64,000 nucleotides of DNA, from the NCBI GenBank assembly GCA_044359355.1, contig JBIKMH010000014.1, positions 1 through 64,000 of the forward strand, given 5' to 3'. Below are positions 43,894-52,304 of this stretch, piece by piece. Origin of the DNA: Planctomycetota bacterium. Lineage in GTDB: Bacteria; Planctomycetota; UBA1135; GCA-002686595. The translations under genes and the position numbers were made by a program. How positions within the stretch are numbered: position 1 is the stretch's first letter; each line of letters begins with the position of its first letter. The notes under the pieces are model-generated. The model saw nothing but the letters and a program-made list of their open reading frames with translations, did no database searches and had not been told where the DNA came from.

Positions 43894-44036
43894 CCAAGCC
43901 ACTTTTTTCTGGATTCGGCGCGCGCTCCGCGGAGCACGGCAGCGTCCTTTCGGGTGGAGGGACCTTTCATCCCTCTCCAGCCCCACGCTGCCCCCACTCT
44001 GTTCCCACCCTGCACGCACGCAGCCCCGAATCCGCC

Positions 44037-45152
44037 ATGCCGCACAAGCGCAAGCCCAACCAACGCCGCCCCAAGCCCGCTCCGTCCACGCTCGATCTCG
44101 AGCGAGTCGATCGACTGGCCCTGTCCTTGCGAGAGCTCGCACCCTGGAACTGGATGACGCCAGCGCAGATCTTTGGCGTGCAGGACCCCTCCAGCGGCCA
44201 GCGCGCCTGGGTGCAGGTCCATGCCGGTTCCTGCCCCGGCGTGTCGGCTTTCCTCGGGGACGCGAGCCACGAACAACTCCTGCGTCGCCGGGCGGGCGAG
44301 CTCCAGCATGAGGACGAGTTGCACGACAGCGATCAGCTGATCCTGATGCTCGATCCCGACCCCCGGATGAAGCTGGCGGAACCGACCCGGCCGACCGTCC
44401 GAAAGCCGGATTCCAAGGACGGCGCCGCGCCTGCGCTGCTGCTCCACCAGCGCCCCGGCTGCCCTGCCGGGGCCCCACAGGCGCAGGACGTCGAGCGCAT
44501 GGCGGGCGTGCTGGAACAGTTGCTCGAGCTCAGCCCCCGCCTACGCGTGACCCCCGGACTGCTCGACGCCCAGCATCCCGAGGGCTGGCTGGTGCGCGTC
44601 CCCGAAGCGACGAGCGGAGGACTCGTCTGGCACGACACGCGCATCTCGACGCCCACCCCCGATCCGATCCCGGTGGCGCAGCCGGATCCGGAGCATCTGG
44701 AGTATCTGGGCGCCTACTGCTGCTCCTTTGAGGGCACGCTCGACTGCGATGTCTTCTTCCTGCCGATCCCCTGGCGCGAGCGGGGCCGGCACCACGATGA
44801 ATTCATGGTCATGTTCGCCCTGCTCGACCCGGAGAGCGGCATGATCCTGTTCCAGGAGCTGCTGCACTGCGGAAATCGCTGGGCCGAGGCGCAGGCTGCG
44901 TTGCTCCACTGGATCGAGCAGCTGCAGCGCTTCCCCGAGCGCCTGCGCGTCCGACGCAGGCAACTCCACGCAGCGCTCGCGCCGCTCGCCGAGCATTTCG
45001 GCATGCAGCTCGAACTCGCGGCCGAGCTGCCCGACTGCGATGTCCTGCAGAACGACATGTCGCTGCATTTCCAGTCGCTGGGGCCCCGACATCCGCTGTT
45101 CCAGGAACAGCAGCCGCGTCGGCGACGCGCGCGCCGGATCAAGACGCGCTGA
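44037..45152 (+). CDS. Hypothetical protein
   Basis: 371 aa with a basic N-terminus (KRKPNQRRPKP) and no recognisable motif. Coding is supported only by length and strand context. Confidence 0.4.
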   Translation: MPHKRKPNQRRPKPAPSTLDLERVDRLALSLRELAPWNWMTPAQIFGVQDPSSGQRAWVQVHAGSCPGVSAFLGDASHEQLLRRRAGELQHEDELHDSDQLILMLDPDPRMKLAEPTRPTVRKPDSKDGAAPALLLHQRPGCPAGAPQAQDVERMAGVLEQLLELSPRLRVTPGLLDAQHPEGWLVRVPEATSGGLVWHDTRISTPTPDPIPVAQPDPEHLEYLGAYCCSFEGTLDCDVFFLPIPWRERGRHHDEFMVMFALLDPESGMILFQELLHCGNRWAEAQAALLHWIEQLQRFPERLRVRRRQLHAALAPLAEHFGMQLELAAELPDCDVLQNDMSLHFQSLGPRHPLFQEQQPRRRRARRIKTR

Positions 45153-45186
45153 AGATTTCTTTCCATGGTGTTTACTTGCATGCGAG

Positions 45187-45207
45187 AGCTTCGCATGCGC
45201 TTTGACG
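45187..45207. promoter_or_regulatory. Inverted repeat GCATGCGA-N5-TCGCATGC upstream of phoX
   Basis: 8-bp perfect arms with a 5-bp spacer, ~35 nt after the upstream stop and ~200 nt before the phoX start. Candidate operator or hairpin. Confidence 0.25.
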
Positions 45208-45403
45208 CGCTCTTGATCGCGTCCTTCGGGTTCTCCTTGCAAAGCACGGCAACTCTCTGCGCCACGTGCGGGTACGCGACCTGCACGCATTCGCCACTGC
45301 CTCGGATGCATCCGCACCGAGTCTCAACCAAGGACTCCCAACCATGCTTCTCGACGAGAATCCGAACGGATCGAACCCCACTTCCAACCCCTCCCTGCCG
45401 GAA

Positions 45404-47281
45404 ATGATCGAACAGCAGATGAGCCGCCGCAGCGTGCTCGTCGGTACGCTCGGCGCCGGCGCCGTCTCCTTCTTCGGCGGCAGCCTGCTGAGCAACCGCG
45501 CGGGCGCCAGCTCTTCGAGCAGCGCCGGCCCCGGTGGCTCGGGCTTCCTCGGCTTCACCGAGGTCCCGCCCAGCAGTGCGGACACCATCGTGGTGCCGGC
45601 CGGCTACACCTTCAAGGTGATCCTGCCTTGGGGAACGCCCCTATCCGGCAGCGGACCGGCCTTCCAGGAAGACGCATCCAACACCGCGGCGGATCAAGCC
45701 GAACAAGTGGGCTTCAACCACGACGGCATCCACTACTTCGGCTTCCCCGGTCTGGAAAACCGCCGCGCTCTGCTGGTGATGAACCACGAGTACACCGACG
45801 CCAGCCAGATCTACACCGCAGCGCAGGGCTCCACGATCACCAACGACGCCGCTGGCCGCGAAAAGGTTCGCAAGGCGGTGGAAGCGCACGGCGTCACGGT
45901 GTTTGAACTGCGCCGCGACAACAACAGCAGCTACCGCGGACTGCAGGGCTCGCCCTTCAACCGCCGCATCACGGGCAATACCCCGGTGACCTTCTCGGGT
46001 CCGATCACCAGCAGCCACCCGCTGCTGCAGTCGACCGTGACGCCCGCTCCGCTGGGCACGCTCAACAACTGCGGCAGCGGCTACACCCCTTGGAACACCT
46101 ACCTCGCCTGCGAGGAGAACTTCAACGGCTACTTCGGCGCCAACGGTGCCTTCACGGCCCAGCCGATCGAAAGCCGCTACGGCATCACGTCTTCGGGCTT
46201 CGGCTACAACTGGCACATCGCCGAGCCGCGTTTCGACCTCAACGCCAACCGCAACGAGCCCTACCGCTTCGGCTGGGTCGTGGAGATCGATCCCTTCAAC
46301 CCCACCTCGGTGCCCGTCAAGCGCACCGCGCTGGGCCGCTTCAAGCATGAGGGTGCCACCTGCACCGAGTCGGCTGGCCACGTCTGCGTCTACTCCGGCG
46401 ACGACGAGAACGGCGATTACGTCTACAAGTACGTCAGCAGCGGCCCCTGGGCCCAGATGTTTGCCAACGGCCAGCACCCGCTGGACTTCGGCAAGCTGTA
46501 CGTCGCCAAGTTCAACGCGGACGGCACCGGCTCGTGGCTGCTGCTCGAGCACGGCAACGGCCCGCTGACCGTCGCCAACGGCTGGGCGGATCAGGCCGAC
46601 GTGCTCTTCCGCACCCGCCAGGCCGCCGACGCGCTCGGCGCTACGAAGTGCCACCGCCCCGAGTGGGTGGCGGAGAACAAGAACTCCCAGGATGTGTTCA
46701 TCGCCTTCACCAACGGCACGGGCAACAACTCGCCGGTGAACTCCAACCGTGACCCCAACCCCTACGGTCACATCGTCCGCCTGCGCGAGCCCAATGGCGA
46801 TCACCGCCTGACCACCTTCAGCTGGGACATCTACCTCCTCGCTGGCGACAACTTCTACGACCCGACCGTCCCCGCAACCCAGAGCATCTTCGGCTCGCCG
46901 GACGGCCTGTGGTGCGACGACGACGGTCTGCTCTGGATCCAGACGGACATCTCCAACTCGTCGCAGATGCGCGCCGACCGCGGTTACGACCGCATCGCCA
47001 ACAACCAGATGCTGGTTGCGGACACCAACACCGGCACGCTCAAGCGCTTCCTCACAGGCCCGCGTGGCTGCGAGATCACGGGCGTGATCATCACCCCGGA
47101 CCGCCGCACGATGTTCATCAACGTGCAGCACCCCGGCGAGTCGACGACCTACTGGAACGGCCTCAACGGCACGCCCACGAACGCCAACCCCTCCACGGTC
47201 AGCAGCTGGCCGTACGGCGGCCGCCCGCGCCCGGCGACCGTGGTGATCCGCCGCACCGACGGCGGTCGCATCGGCACCTGA
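45404..47281 (+). CDS. phoX: PhoX-family secreted phosphatase (DUF839) with Tat signal
   Basis: Twin-arginine motif MSRRSVLVGTLGAGA; LLVMNHEY and beta-propeller-like body typical of PhoX. Alternative start at 45344. Confidence 0.8.
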   Translation: MIEQQMSRRSVLVGTLGAGAVSFFGGSLLSNRAGASSSSSAGPGGSGFLGFTEVPPSSADTIVVPAGYTFKVILPWGTPLSGSGPAFQEDASNTAADQAEQVGFNHDGIHYFGFPGLENRRALLVMNHEYTDASQIYTAAQGSTITNDAAGREKVRKAVEAHGVTVFELRRDNNSSYRGLQGSPFNRRITGNTPVTFSGPITSSHPLLQSTVTPAPLGTLNNCGSGYTPWNTYLACEENFNGYFGANGAFTAQPIESRYGITSSGFGYNWHIAEPRFDLNANRNEPYRFGWVVEIDPFNPTSVPVKRTALGRFKHEGATCTESAGHVCVYSGDDENGDYVYKYVSSGPWAQMFANGQHPLDFGKLYVAKFNADGTGSWLLLEHGNGPLTVANGWADQADVLFRTRQAADALGATKCHRPEWVAENKNSQDVFIAFTNGTGNNSPVNSNRDPNPYGHIVRLREPNGDHRLTTFSWDIYLLAGDNFYDPTVPATQSIFGSPDGLWCDDDGLLWIQTDISNSSQMRADRGYDRIANNQMLVADTNTGTLKRFLTGPRGCEITGVIITPDRRTMFINVQHPGESTTYWNGLNGTPTNANPSTVSSWPYGGRPRPATVVIRRTDGGRIGT

Positions 47282-47300
47282 GCCAACTCGAGGCAGGACC

Positions 47301-47322
47301 GGCGCAGAGGATCCTCTGCGCC
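47301..47322 (+). terminator. Perfect 22-bp palindrome after phoX (hairpin or terminator candidate)
   Basis: GGCGCAGAGGATCCTCTGCGCC, 20 nt after the phoX stop. Confidence 0.4.
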
Positions 47323-47413
47323 ATCCGGTCGGCACCTGATGTGGGAATCAGGTGATCCAAAGGGGGCGTCCCACCGGGGGGTGGGGCGCCCCCAGCTTGT
47401 TAGGCTCTTTGGC

Positions 47414-49258
47414 ATGACGATGCCTTCCGATCTGTTCTGTCTGCTGGCGACGGTCCTCGCCCCGAGCGCCGCCGAGGATCCCAAAGCCACCGAAGTCCCC
47501 AAGGCCGTGATCACGATTGTCGAAGGCGAGGCGCAGGTCGTCGAGGCCTTCAAGGACCAGAAGGAGTGGATCCGCGAGTTCCTGTGGGTCGAGACCAGCT
47601 TCGACTCCGACGGCGACGGCAAGCTCGACCGCATGCATGTCGATGTCACGCGACCGAAGCAGACCGCCACGGAAGGCCTCAAGGTGCCCGTGATCTACGA
47701 GACGAGCCCGTACTTCTCGGGCACCGGTCCGAACGGTCTGGAGTTCTTCTGGGACGCGAAACAGGAGGTCGGCGCACCTCCGCCCGCTCGCAAGCCGATG
47801 CCGGACGTCAAGCGGCCGGACAAGCCGGGCATGATCGCGCAGTCCGAAGTGCGCACCTGGGTGCCACGCGGCTTCGCTGTCGTCCACTCCTGCTCGCCGG
47901 GCACGGGCTACTCCGATGGCTGCCCGAGCGTGGGCGCGGACAACGAGTCGCTCGCGCCCAAGGCCGTGATCGACTGGCTGTGCGGGCGCGCCAAGGGCTA
48001 CACGACGCAGCGCGGCATGGAGGAGCTCAAGGCCGATTGGTGCACGGGCAAGGTCGGCATGATCGGCACCTCCTACAACGGCACGCTGCCGCTCGCCGCC
48101 GCCACCACCGGCGTCGAGGGCCTTGAGGCCATCGTCCCGATCGCGCCGAACACCTCCTACTACCACTACTACCGCTCGCACGGCCTCGTGCGCCATCCCG
48201 GCGGCTACCTCGGTGAAGACATCGATGTGCTGTACGACTTCATCCACTCCGGTGATCCGGCGATGCGCGAGCACTGCAACGAGACCGTGCGCGAGAAGGA
48301 GCTCAAGGCCAAGTTCGATCGCCAGCACGGCGATTGGAACGAGTTCTGGGCCGGCCGCGACTACCTGCTCGATCTCGGCCCCATGAAGGCCGCGACGCTG
48401 ATGTCGCACGGCTTCAATGACTGGAACGTGATGCCGGAACACTCCAACCGCATCTACCAGGCGCTCAAGAAAAACGGTGTCCCGAGCATCATCTACTACC
48501 ACCAGGGCGGACACGGCGGGCCGCCGCCGCTGAGCCTGGTCAACCGCTGGTTCACGCGCTTCCTGCTCGGCGTGGAGAACGGCGTCGAAAAGGGACCGCG
48601 CTCGTACATCGTGCGCGAGCAGGACAAGTCGAAGGATCCCACCACCTACCCCGACTACCCGCACCCCGATGCCAGCATGGTGGCGCTGAGCCCGACGCCC
48701 GGCGGCAGCAAGCTCGGCGGACTCGACCTGAAGGGCGTTTCCAAGTCCACGCGCGAGAAGCTCGTCGACGATGTCAACCAGGCCGGCGCAGCACTTGCCA
48801 TGGCGGATGCCTCACCGCATCGCCTGCTGTACGCCACGCCGGCACTGACTGCGCCGCTGCACATCTCCGGCACGGCGCGGCTCACGATCCGCGTCGCCAG
48901 CAGCAAGCCCGCCGCCAACCTCTCCGTCTGGCTGGTCTCACTGCCCTGGACGGAGAAGGCGAAGATCACCGACAACGTGATCACGCGCGGCTGGGCCGAT
49001 CCCCAGAACCACGCCAGCCTCGAGAAGGGTGAGCCGCTCAAGCCCGGCAAGTTCGTCGACCTCAGCTTCGACCTGCAGCCTGACGACCAGGTGATCGCCG
49101 CGGGCGAGCGCATCGGCCTGATGATCTTCTCGAGCGACCGCGACTTCACGCTGTGGCCCGAGCCGGGCACGGAGCTCAGCATCGACCTCGACGGCACGCT
49201 GCTCGAGTTGCCCGTCATCGGTGGCCGCGCAGCCTTCGAGAAGGCGACGGGCAAGTAG
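47414..49258 (+). CDS. X-Pro dipeptidyl-peptidase (S15 family, CocE/NonD-type hydrolase)
   Basis: IGTSYNG nucleophile motif; N-terminal signal (MTMPSDLFCLLATVLAPSAA); C-terminal beta-sandwich domain. Confidence 0.8.
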   Translation: MTMPSDLFCLLATVLAPSAAEDPKATEVPKAVITIVEGEAQVVEAFKDQKEWIREFLWVETSFDSDGDGKLDRMHVDVTRPKQTATEGLKVPVIYETSPYFSGTGPNGLEFFWDAKQEVGAPPPARKPMPDVKRPDKPGMIAQSEVRTWVPRGFAVVHSCSPGTGYSDGCPSVGADNESLAPKAVIDWLCGRAKGYTTQRGMEELKADWCTGKVGMIGTSYNGTLPLAAATTGVEGLEAIVPIAPNTSYYHYYRSHGLVRHPGGYLGEDIDVLYDFIHSGDPAMREHCNETVREKELKAKFDRQHGDWNEFWAGRDYLLDLGPMKAATLMSHGFNDWNVMPEHSNRIYQALKKNGVPSIIYYHQGGHGGPPPLSLVNRWFTRFLLGVENGVEKGPRSYIVREQDKSKDPTTYPDYPHPDASMVALSPTPGGSKLGGLDLKGVSKSTREKLVDDVNQAGAALAMADASPHRLLYATPALTAPLHISGTARLTIRVASSKPAANLSVWLVSLPWTEKAKITDNVITRGWADPQNHASLEKGEPLKPGKFVDLSFDLQPDDQVIAAGERIGLMIFSSDRDFTLWPEPGTELSIDLDGTLLELPVIGGRAAFEKATGK

Positions 49259-49310
49259 GAGCCCCCCAGCGGACGAAGAGCACCCAGCGCCAAGCACCCA
49301 GAGCCATCCT

Positions 49311-49342
49311 CCCCGCTTCCCCGCCTCCCCGCCTCCCCGCTT
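49311..49342. repeat. Tandem octamer repeat (CCCCGCYT) x4 upstream of the antiporter gene
   Basis: CCCCGCTT CCCCGCCT CCCCGCCT CCCCGCTT, ending ~15 nt before ATG 49357. Confidence 0.6.
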
Positions 49343-49356
49343 CCAGCCAGGCCACC

Positions 49357-51078
49357 ATGCCGCACGAAACCGCACTGATCGCGCTGCTCGCCGGCGGACT
49401 GGGACTCGCCTTCGTGCTGGGCCTGCTGGCGGCACGCGTCGGACTCCCGCCCCTCGTCGGCTACCTGCTCGCAGGTATCGCGATCGGTCCGTTCACACCG
49501 GGCCCCACGGCCGACACGGGCCTCGCCGCACAACTTTCCGAGATCGGCGTGATCCTGCTGATGTTCGGCGTGGGCATCCACTTCTCGCCGCGCGATCTCC
49601 TGGCCGTCCGCAAGATCGCCATCCCGGGTGCCTTGCTGCAGATCGCGGGCTCAACCCTGCTCGGTGCTCTGCTGGCGCATTGGTGGGGCTGGAGCTGGAC
49701 CGCGGGGATCATCTTCGGCATGTGCCTCGCCGTGGCGAGCACTGTGGTCCTGCTGCGCGCGCTCGAGGACCAGAATCGCCTGCATACCAGCGAGGGACGC
49801 ATCTCCGTCGGCTGGCTGATCATCGAGGACCTCTTCGTGGTGCTCGTACTGGTGGTCCTGCCGCTCTTCGCAACGTCGGACGACCCGCAGACCACCGGCG
49901 ACGAAGCCGGCTGGCAGGCCATCGCGCTTGGAATCGGCTCGACGCTGCTCAAGCTCCTCGGCTTCACGCTCGTGATGTTCTTCGCCGGCCGCCGATTGGT
50001 GCCGTGGATCCTCCGCCAGGTGATCCGCAGCGGCTCACGCGAGCTCTTTACGCTTGGCATCCTCGCCGTCTCGCTCGGCATCGCCTTCGGAGCCGCTGCG
50101 ATTTTCGATGTCTCGCTGGCGCTGGGTGCCTTCGCCGCCGGCATCGTGGTTGGCGAGACCGAGCTGAGCCAGCGCGCCGCTGAGGACGCTCTTCCGCTCC
50201 AGGAAGCCTTCGGTGTGCTGTTCTTCGTGGCCGTGGGCATGCTCTTCGACCCGCGCGTGCTCGTCGAGGACCCCTTGCATGTGCTCGCAGTCCTGCTGAC
50301 CATCCAGCTTGGCAAGTCCCTCTTCGCCTTCCTGATCATCACGCTGCTGCGCTACCCCCTGAGCGTGGCGCTGACCGTGCCTGCAGCCCTCGCCCAGGTG
50401 GGCGAGCTCTCCTTCATCCTCGTGGGCCTCGGCATCGAGCTACAACTCGTTCCCATGGAGGCCCAGAACCTGATCGTCGCCGGCGCGCTGCTCTCGATCA
50501 CCCTGAACCCATTCGTCTTCAGGAGCCTGCCTGCGATCGAGAAGCTGCTCGCGCGCATCCCCGGCTTCACGCGGCTCTATCCCCCCGACACTCAGCCAGC
50601 TTCCCCCCAAGGCACCCGTCCGCATGTCGTCCTCGTCGGGCACGGCCGCATCGGCGCACCGCTCGTCGATGCGCTGCATGCGGCCAATGTCCCGCTGCTC
50701 GTCGTCGATGCGCGCCGCGAGGAGATCGAACGCCTGCGTGCGCGCGGCATCGAGGCGCACTACGGCGACGCCAGCCGACCGGGCACGCTGCGGCGGGCGG
50801 GCCTCGACAAGGCTTCCCTGCTCGTGATCTCGATCAGCGATCCGCTGACCACACGCATGGTGCTCGAGGCGGCCACCGAGCAGGCCCCCGACCTCCCCAC
50901 GATCGTGCGCACGCAGAGCGAGTCGGAGCGCGAGACCCTGGCCGCAAGACCGAGCACGCTGGTACTCCTGAGCGAGGAGGAGCTGACGCGGGCACTGGTG
51001 CGCGAGGCCCTCGCGCGTACCGCTCAGCAGGAGCAGGCGGGCGTGGCCACGAGTCCGCACCCGGCAAGACCGCACTGA
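49357..51078 (+). CDS. Monovalent cation:proton antiporter (CPA2, KefB-like) with C-terminal RCK/TrkA-N domain
   Basis: About 12 TM helices (Na_H_Exchanger-like), then VVLVGHGRIGAPLVDAL Rossmann motif. Confidence 0.9.
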   Translation: MPHETALIALLAGGLGLAFVLGLLAARVGLPPLVGYLLAGIAIGPFTPGPTADTGLAAQLSEIGVILLMFGVGIHFSPRDLLAVRKIAIPGALLQIAGSTLLGALLAHWWGWSWTAGIIFGMCLAVASTVVLLRALEDQNRLHTSEGRISVGWLIIEDLFVVLVLVVLPLFATSDDPQTTGDEAGWQAIALGIGSTLLKLLGFTLVMFFAGRRLVPWILRQVIRSGSRELFTLGILAVSLGIAFGAAAIFDVSLALGAFAAGIVVGETELSQRAAEDALPLQEAFGVLFFVAVGMLFDPRVLVEDPLHVLAVLLTIQLGKSLFAFLIITLLRYPLSVALTVPAALAQVGELSFILVGLGIELQLVPMEAQNLIVAGALLSITLNPFVFRSLPAIEKLLARIPGFTRLYPPDTQPASPQGTRPHVVLVGHGRIGAPLVDALHAANVPLLVVDARREEIERLRARGIEAHYGDASRPGTLRRAGLDKASLLVISISDPLTTRMVLEAATEQAPDLPTIVRTQSESERETLAARPSTLVLLSEEELTRALVREALARTAQQEQAGVATSPHPARPH

Positions 51079-51080
51079 GC

Positions 51081-51099
51081 GTGCGGCGCGCACCTTTTT
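51081..51099 (+). terminator. Short hairpin plus T-run after the antiporter gene
   Basis: GTGCG-gcg-CGCAC followed by CTTTTTGG, 3 nt after the stop. Confidence 0.5.
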
Positions 51100-51199
51100 G
51101 GCGGGCGGGAAAGGGTCCGGGAATCCTGCGCAGCCAGTGGGCCGCAGCTTGAGGCCAGGTTGGTCCGCAACGGGGATTGTGCTAGAATTCCGCGCAGTT

Positions 51200-51275
51200 G
51201 CGGGCGTAACTCAGTTGGTAGAGTGTCAGCTTCCCAAGCTGAATGTCGCGGGTTCGAACCCCGTCGCCCGCTCCA
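51200..51275 (+). tRNA. tRNA-Gly (anticodon CCC)
   Basis: GCGGGCG/CGCCCGC acceptor, ACTC-AGTTGGTA-GAGT D arm, TCAGC-TTCCCAA-GCTGA anticodon arm, GCGGG-TTCGAAC-CCCGT T arm, encoded CCA. Position cross-checked against an overlapping ORF's codons. Confidence 0.9.
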
Positions 51276-51280
51276 AGCTT

Positions 51281-51725
51281 TCGGCGGTTGACACTGTCCA
51301 TCGTGTACTTCACATCGAGGCCGGTGTGGACATTGTCCTCGATCGAAGTGATGTTCGAGTTGCGGTCGTAGGTGATGACCGTTTGGTAGAGATCGCGGTC
51401 GGTCGCCAAATCCTTCGTCCAGCGATTCGTGGTGATGCGGTTGAAGCGATCCAGATCCACGATGGCGTTCGTGCCATCGTACACGCGTGAGAAACACGCA
51501 ATGGCGTTCAAGCGCGTACGGACTAGGGTGCCAACACCCAAGTATTCATACTGCGCAATCGTCACCCCACTGCCCGTATCCTCCACGACCGTCGAGACCC
51601 GCGAGGCCTCATCATCATGGAGACCGCCTGAGGTGCGGTAGGTGTAGGAGATCGAACGACTGCCGGAAAGGACCATGTTCGTCTCGCGCAGGGTTCGTCG
51701 CTCTCACCCAAGCGTACGGGACCTC
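51281..51725 (-). pseudogene. Orphan RHS core fragment (partial duplicate of rhs 53880-54300)
   Basis: About 445 nt at ~90% identity to an internal YD-repeat region of the rhs gene. It encodes SISYTYRTSGGLHD...ITYDRNSNITSIEDNVHTGLDVKYTMD with no rhs N-terminus, core end or toxin. Begins ~6 nt after the tRNA-Gly CCA. Confidence 0.75.
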
Positions 51726-51758
51726 GCAGTTGTCCCCGCGAGGTGGCGCAACGGTTAT

Positions 51759-52304
51759 TCAGAAATCACTTGATATTCGCCCGAGTCCTTCAAAGTACCG
51801 CAATTCATCCTCACGAAGCCTACGCTGAAAAACCCCGGAGGCGAAAACTCCGGAAGCTTCTCTATTCACTTCATGTTGTGAAGTCCAGAACACCTGTGGA
51901 CCATCGAACACTTCGTCGTCGGTATGAGCTAGGTGCACATCGGTTGAATAAGAAATCAATCTTTCGATCAGCCCATCCGTCGTGTAGTAGCGCCACTGCC
52001 CAACACGACGATAGGACGGGTTCAGACTTGGGTTGCTCGGCCACCACTGACCTTGACTCTGAAGGCTTCCATTTTCATGCCATTGTTTCCAGACTCCGAT
52101 CTTTCCCCACAACGGGTAATCTGTCTGTACATCGATTATTCGATATTCGCCACCTTGCTCTTTGAGTACCCCTGATGGCCAGCGAGTTTCGTGCCAGCGC
52201 ACACGGTCGACGGCCGTCGAGGCTCCCGAATACGACGAATCAAGGATGACAACGATCGCGCAAATGCTCAGCGCGCCAAACAAGACCTTTATCACGGTGC
52301 TCAT
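51759..52304 (-). CDS. Putative RHS immunity protein, membrane-anchored MORN-repeat (YwqK-like)
   Basis: ATG overlaps the rhs stop (caATGAgc). N-terminal TM (MSTVIKVLFGALSICAIVVIL); MORN-like repeats (GKIGVWKQWHENGSL, GQWRYYTTDGLIERLISY). GC content is visibly lower than the surrounding genome. Confidence 0.6.
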   Translation of the reverse strand: MSTVIKVLFGALSICAIVVILDSSYSGASTAVDRVRWHETRWPSGVLKEQGGEYRIIDVQTDYPLWGKIGVWKQWHENGSLQSQGQWWPSNPSLNPSYRRVGQWRYYTTDGLIERLISYSTDVHLAHTDDEVFDGPQVFWTSQHEVNREASGVFASGVFQRRLREDELRYFEGLGRISSDF

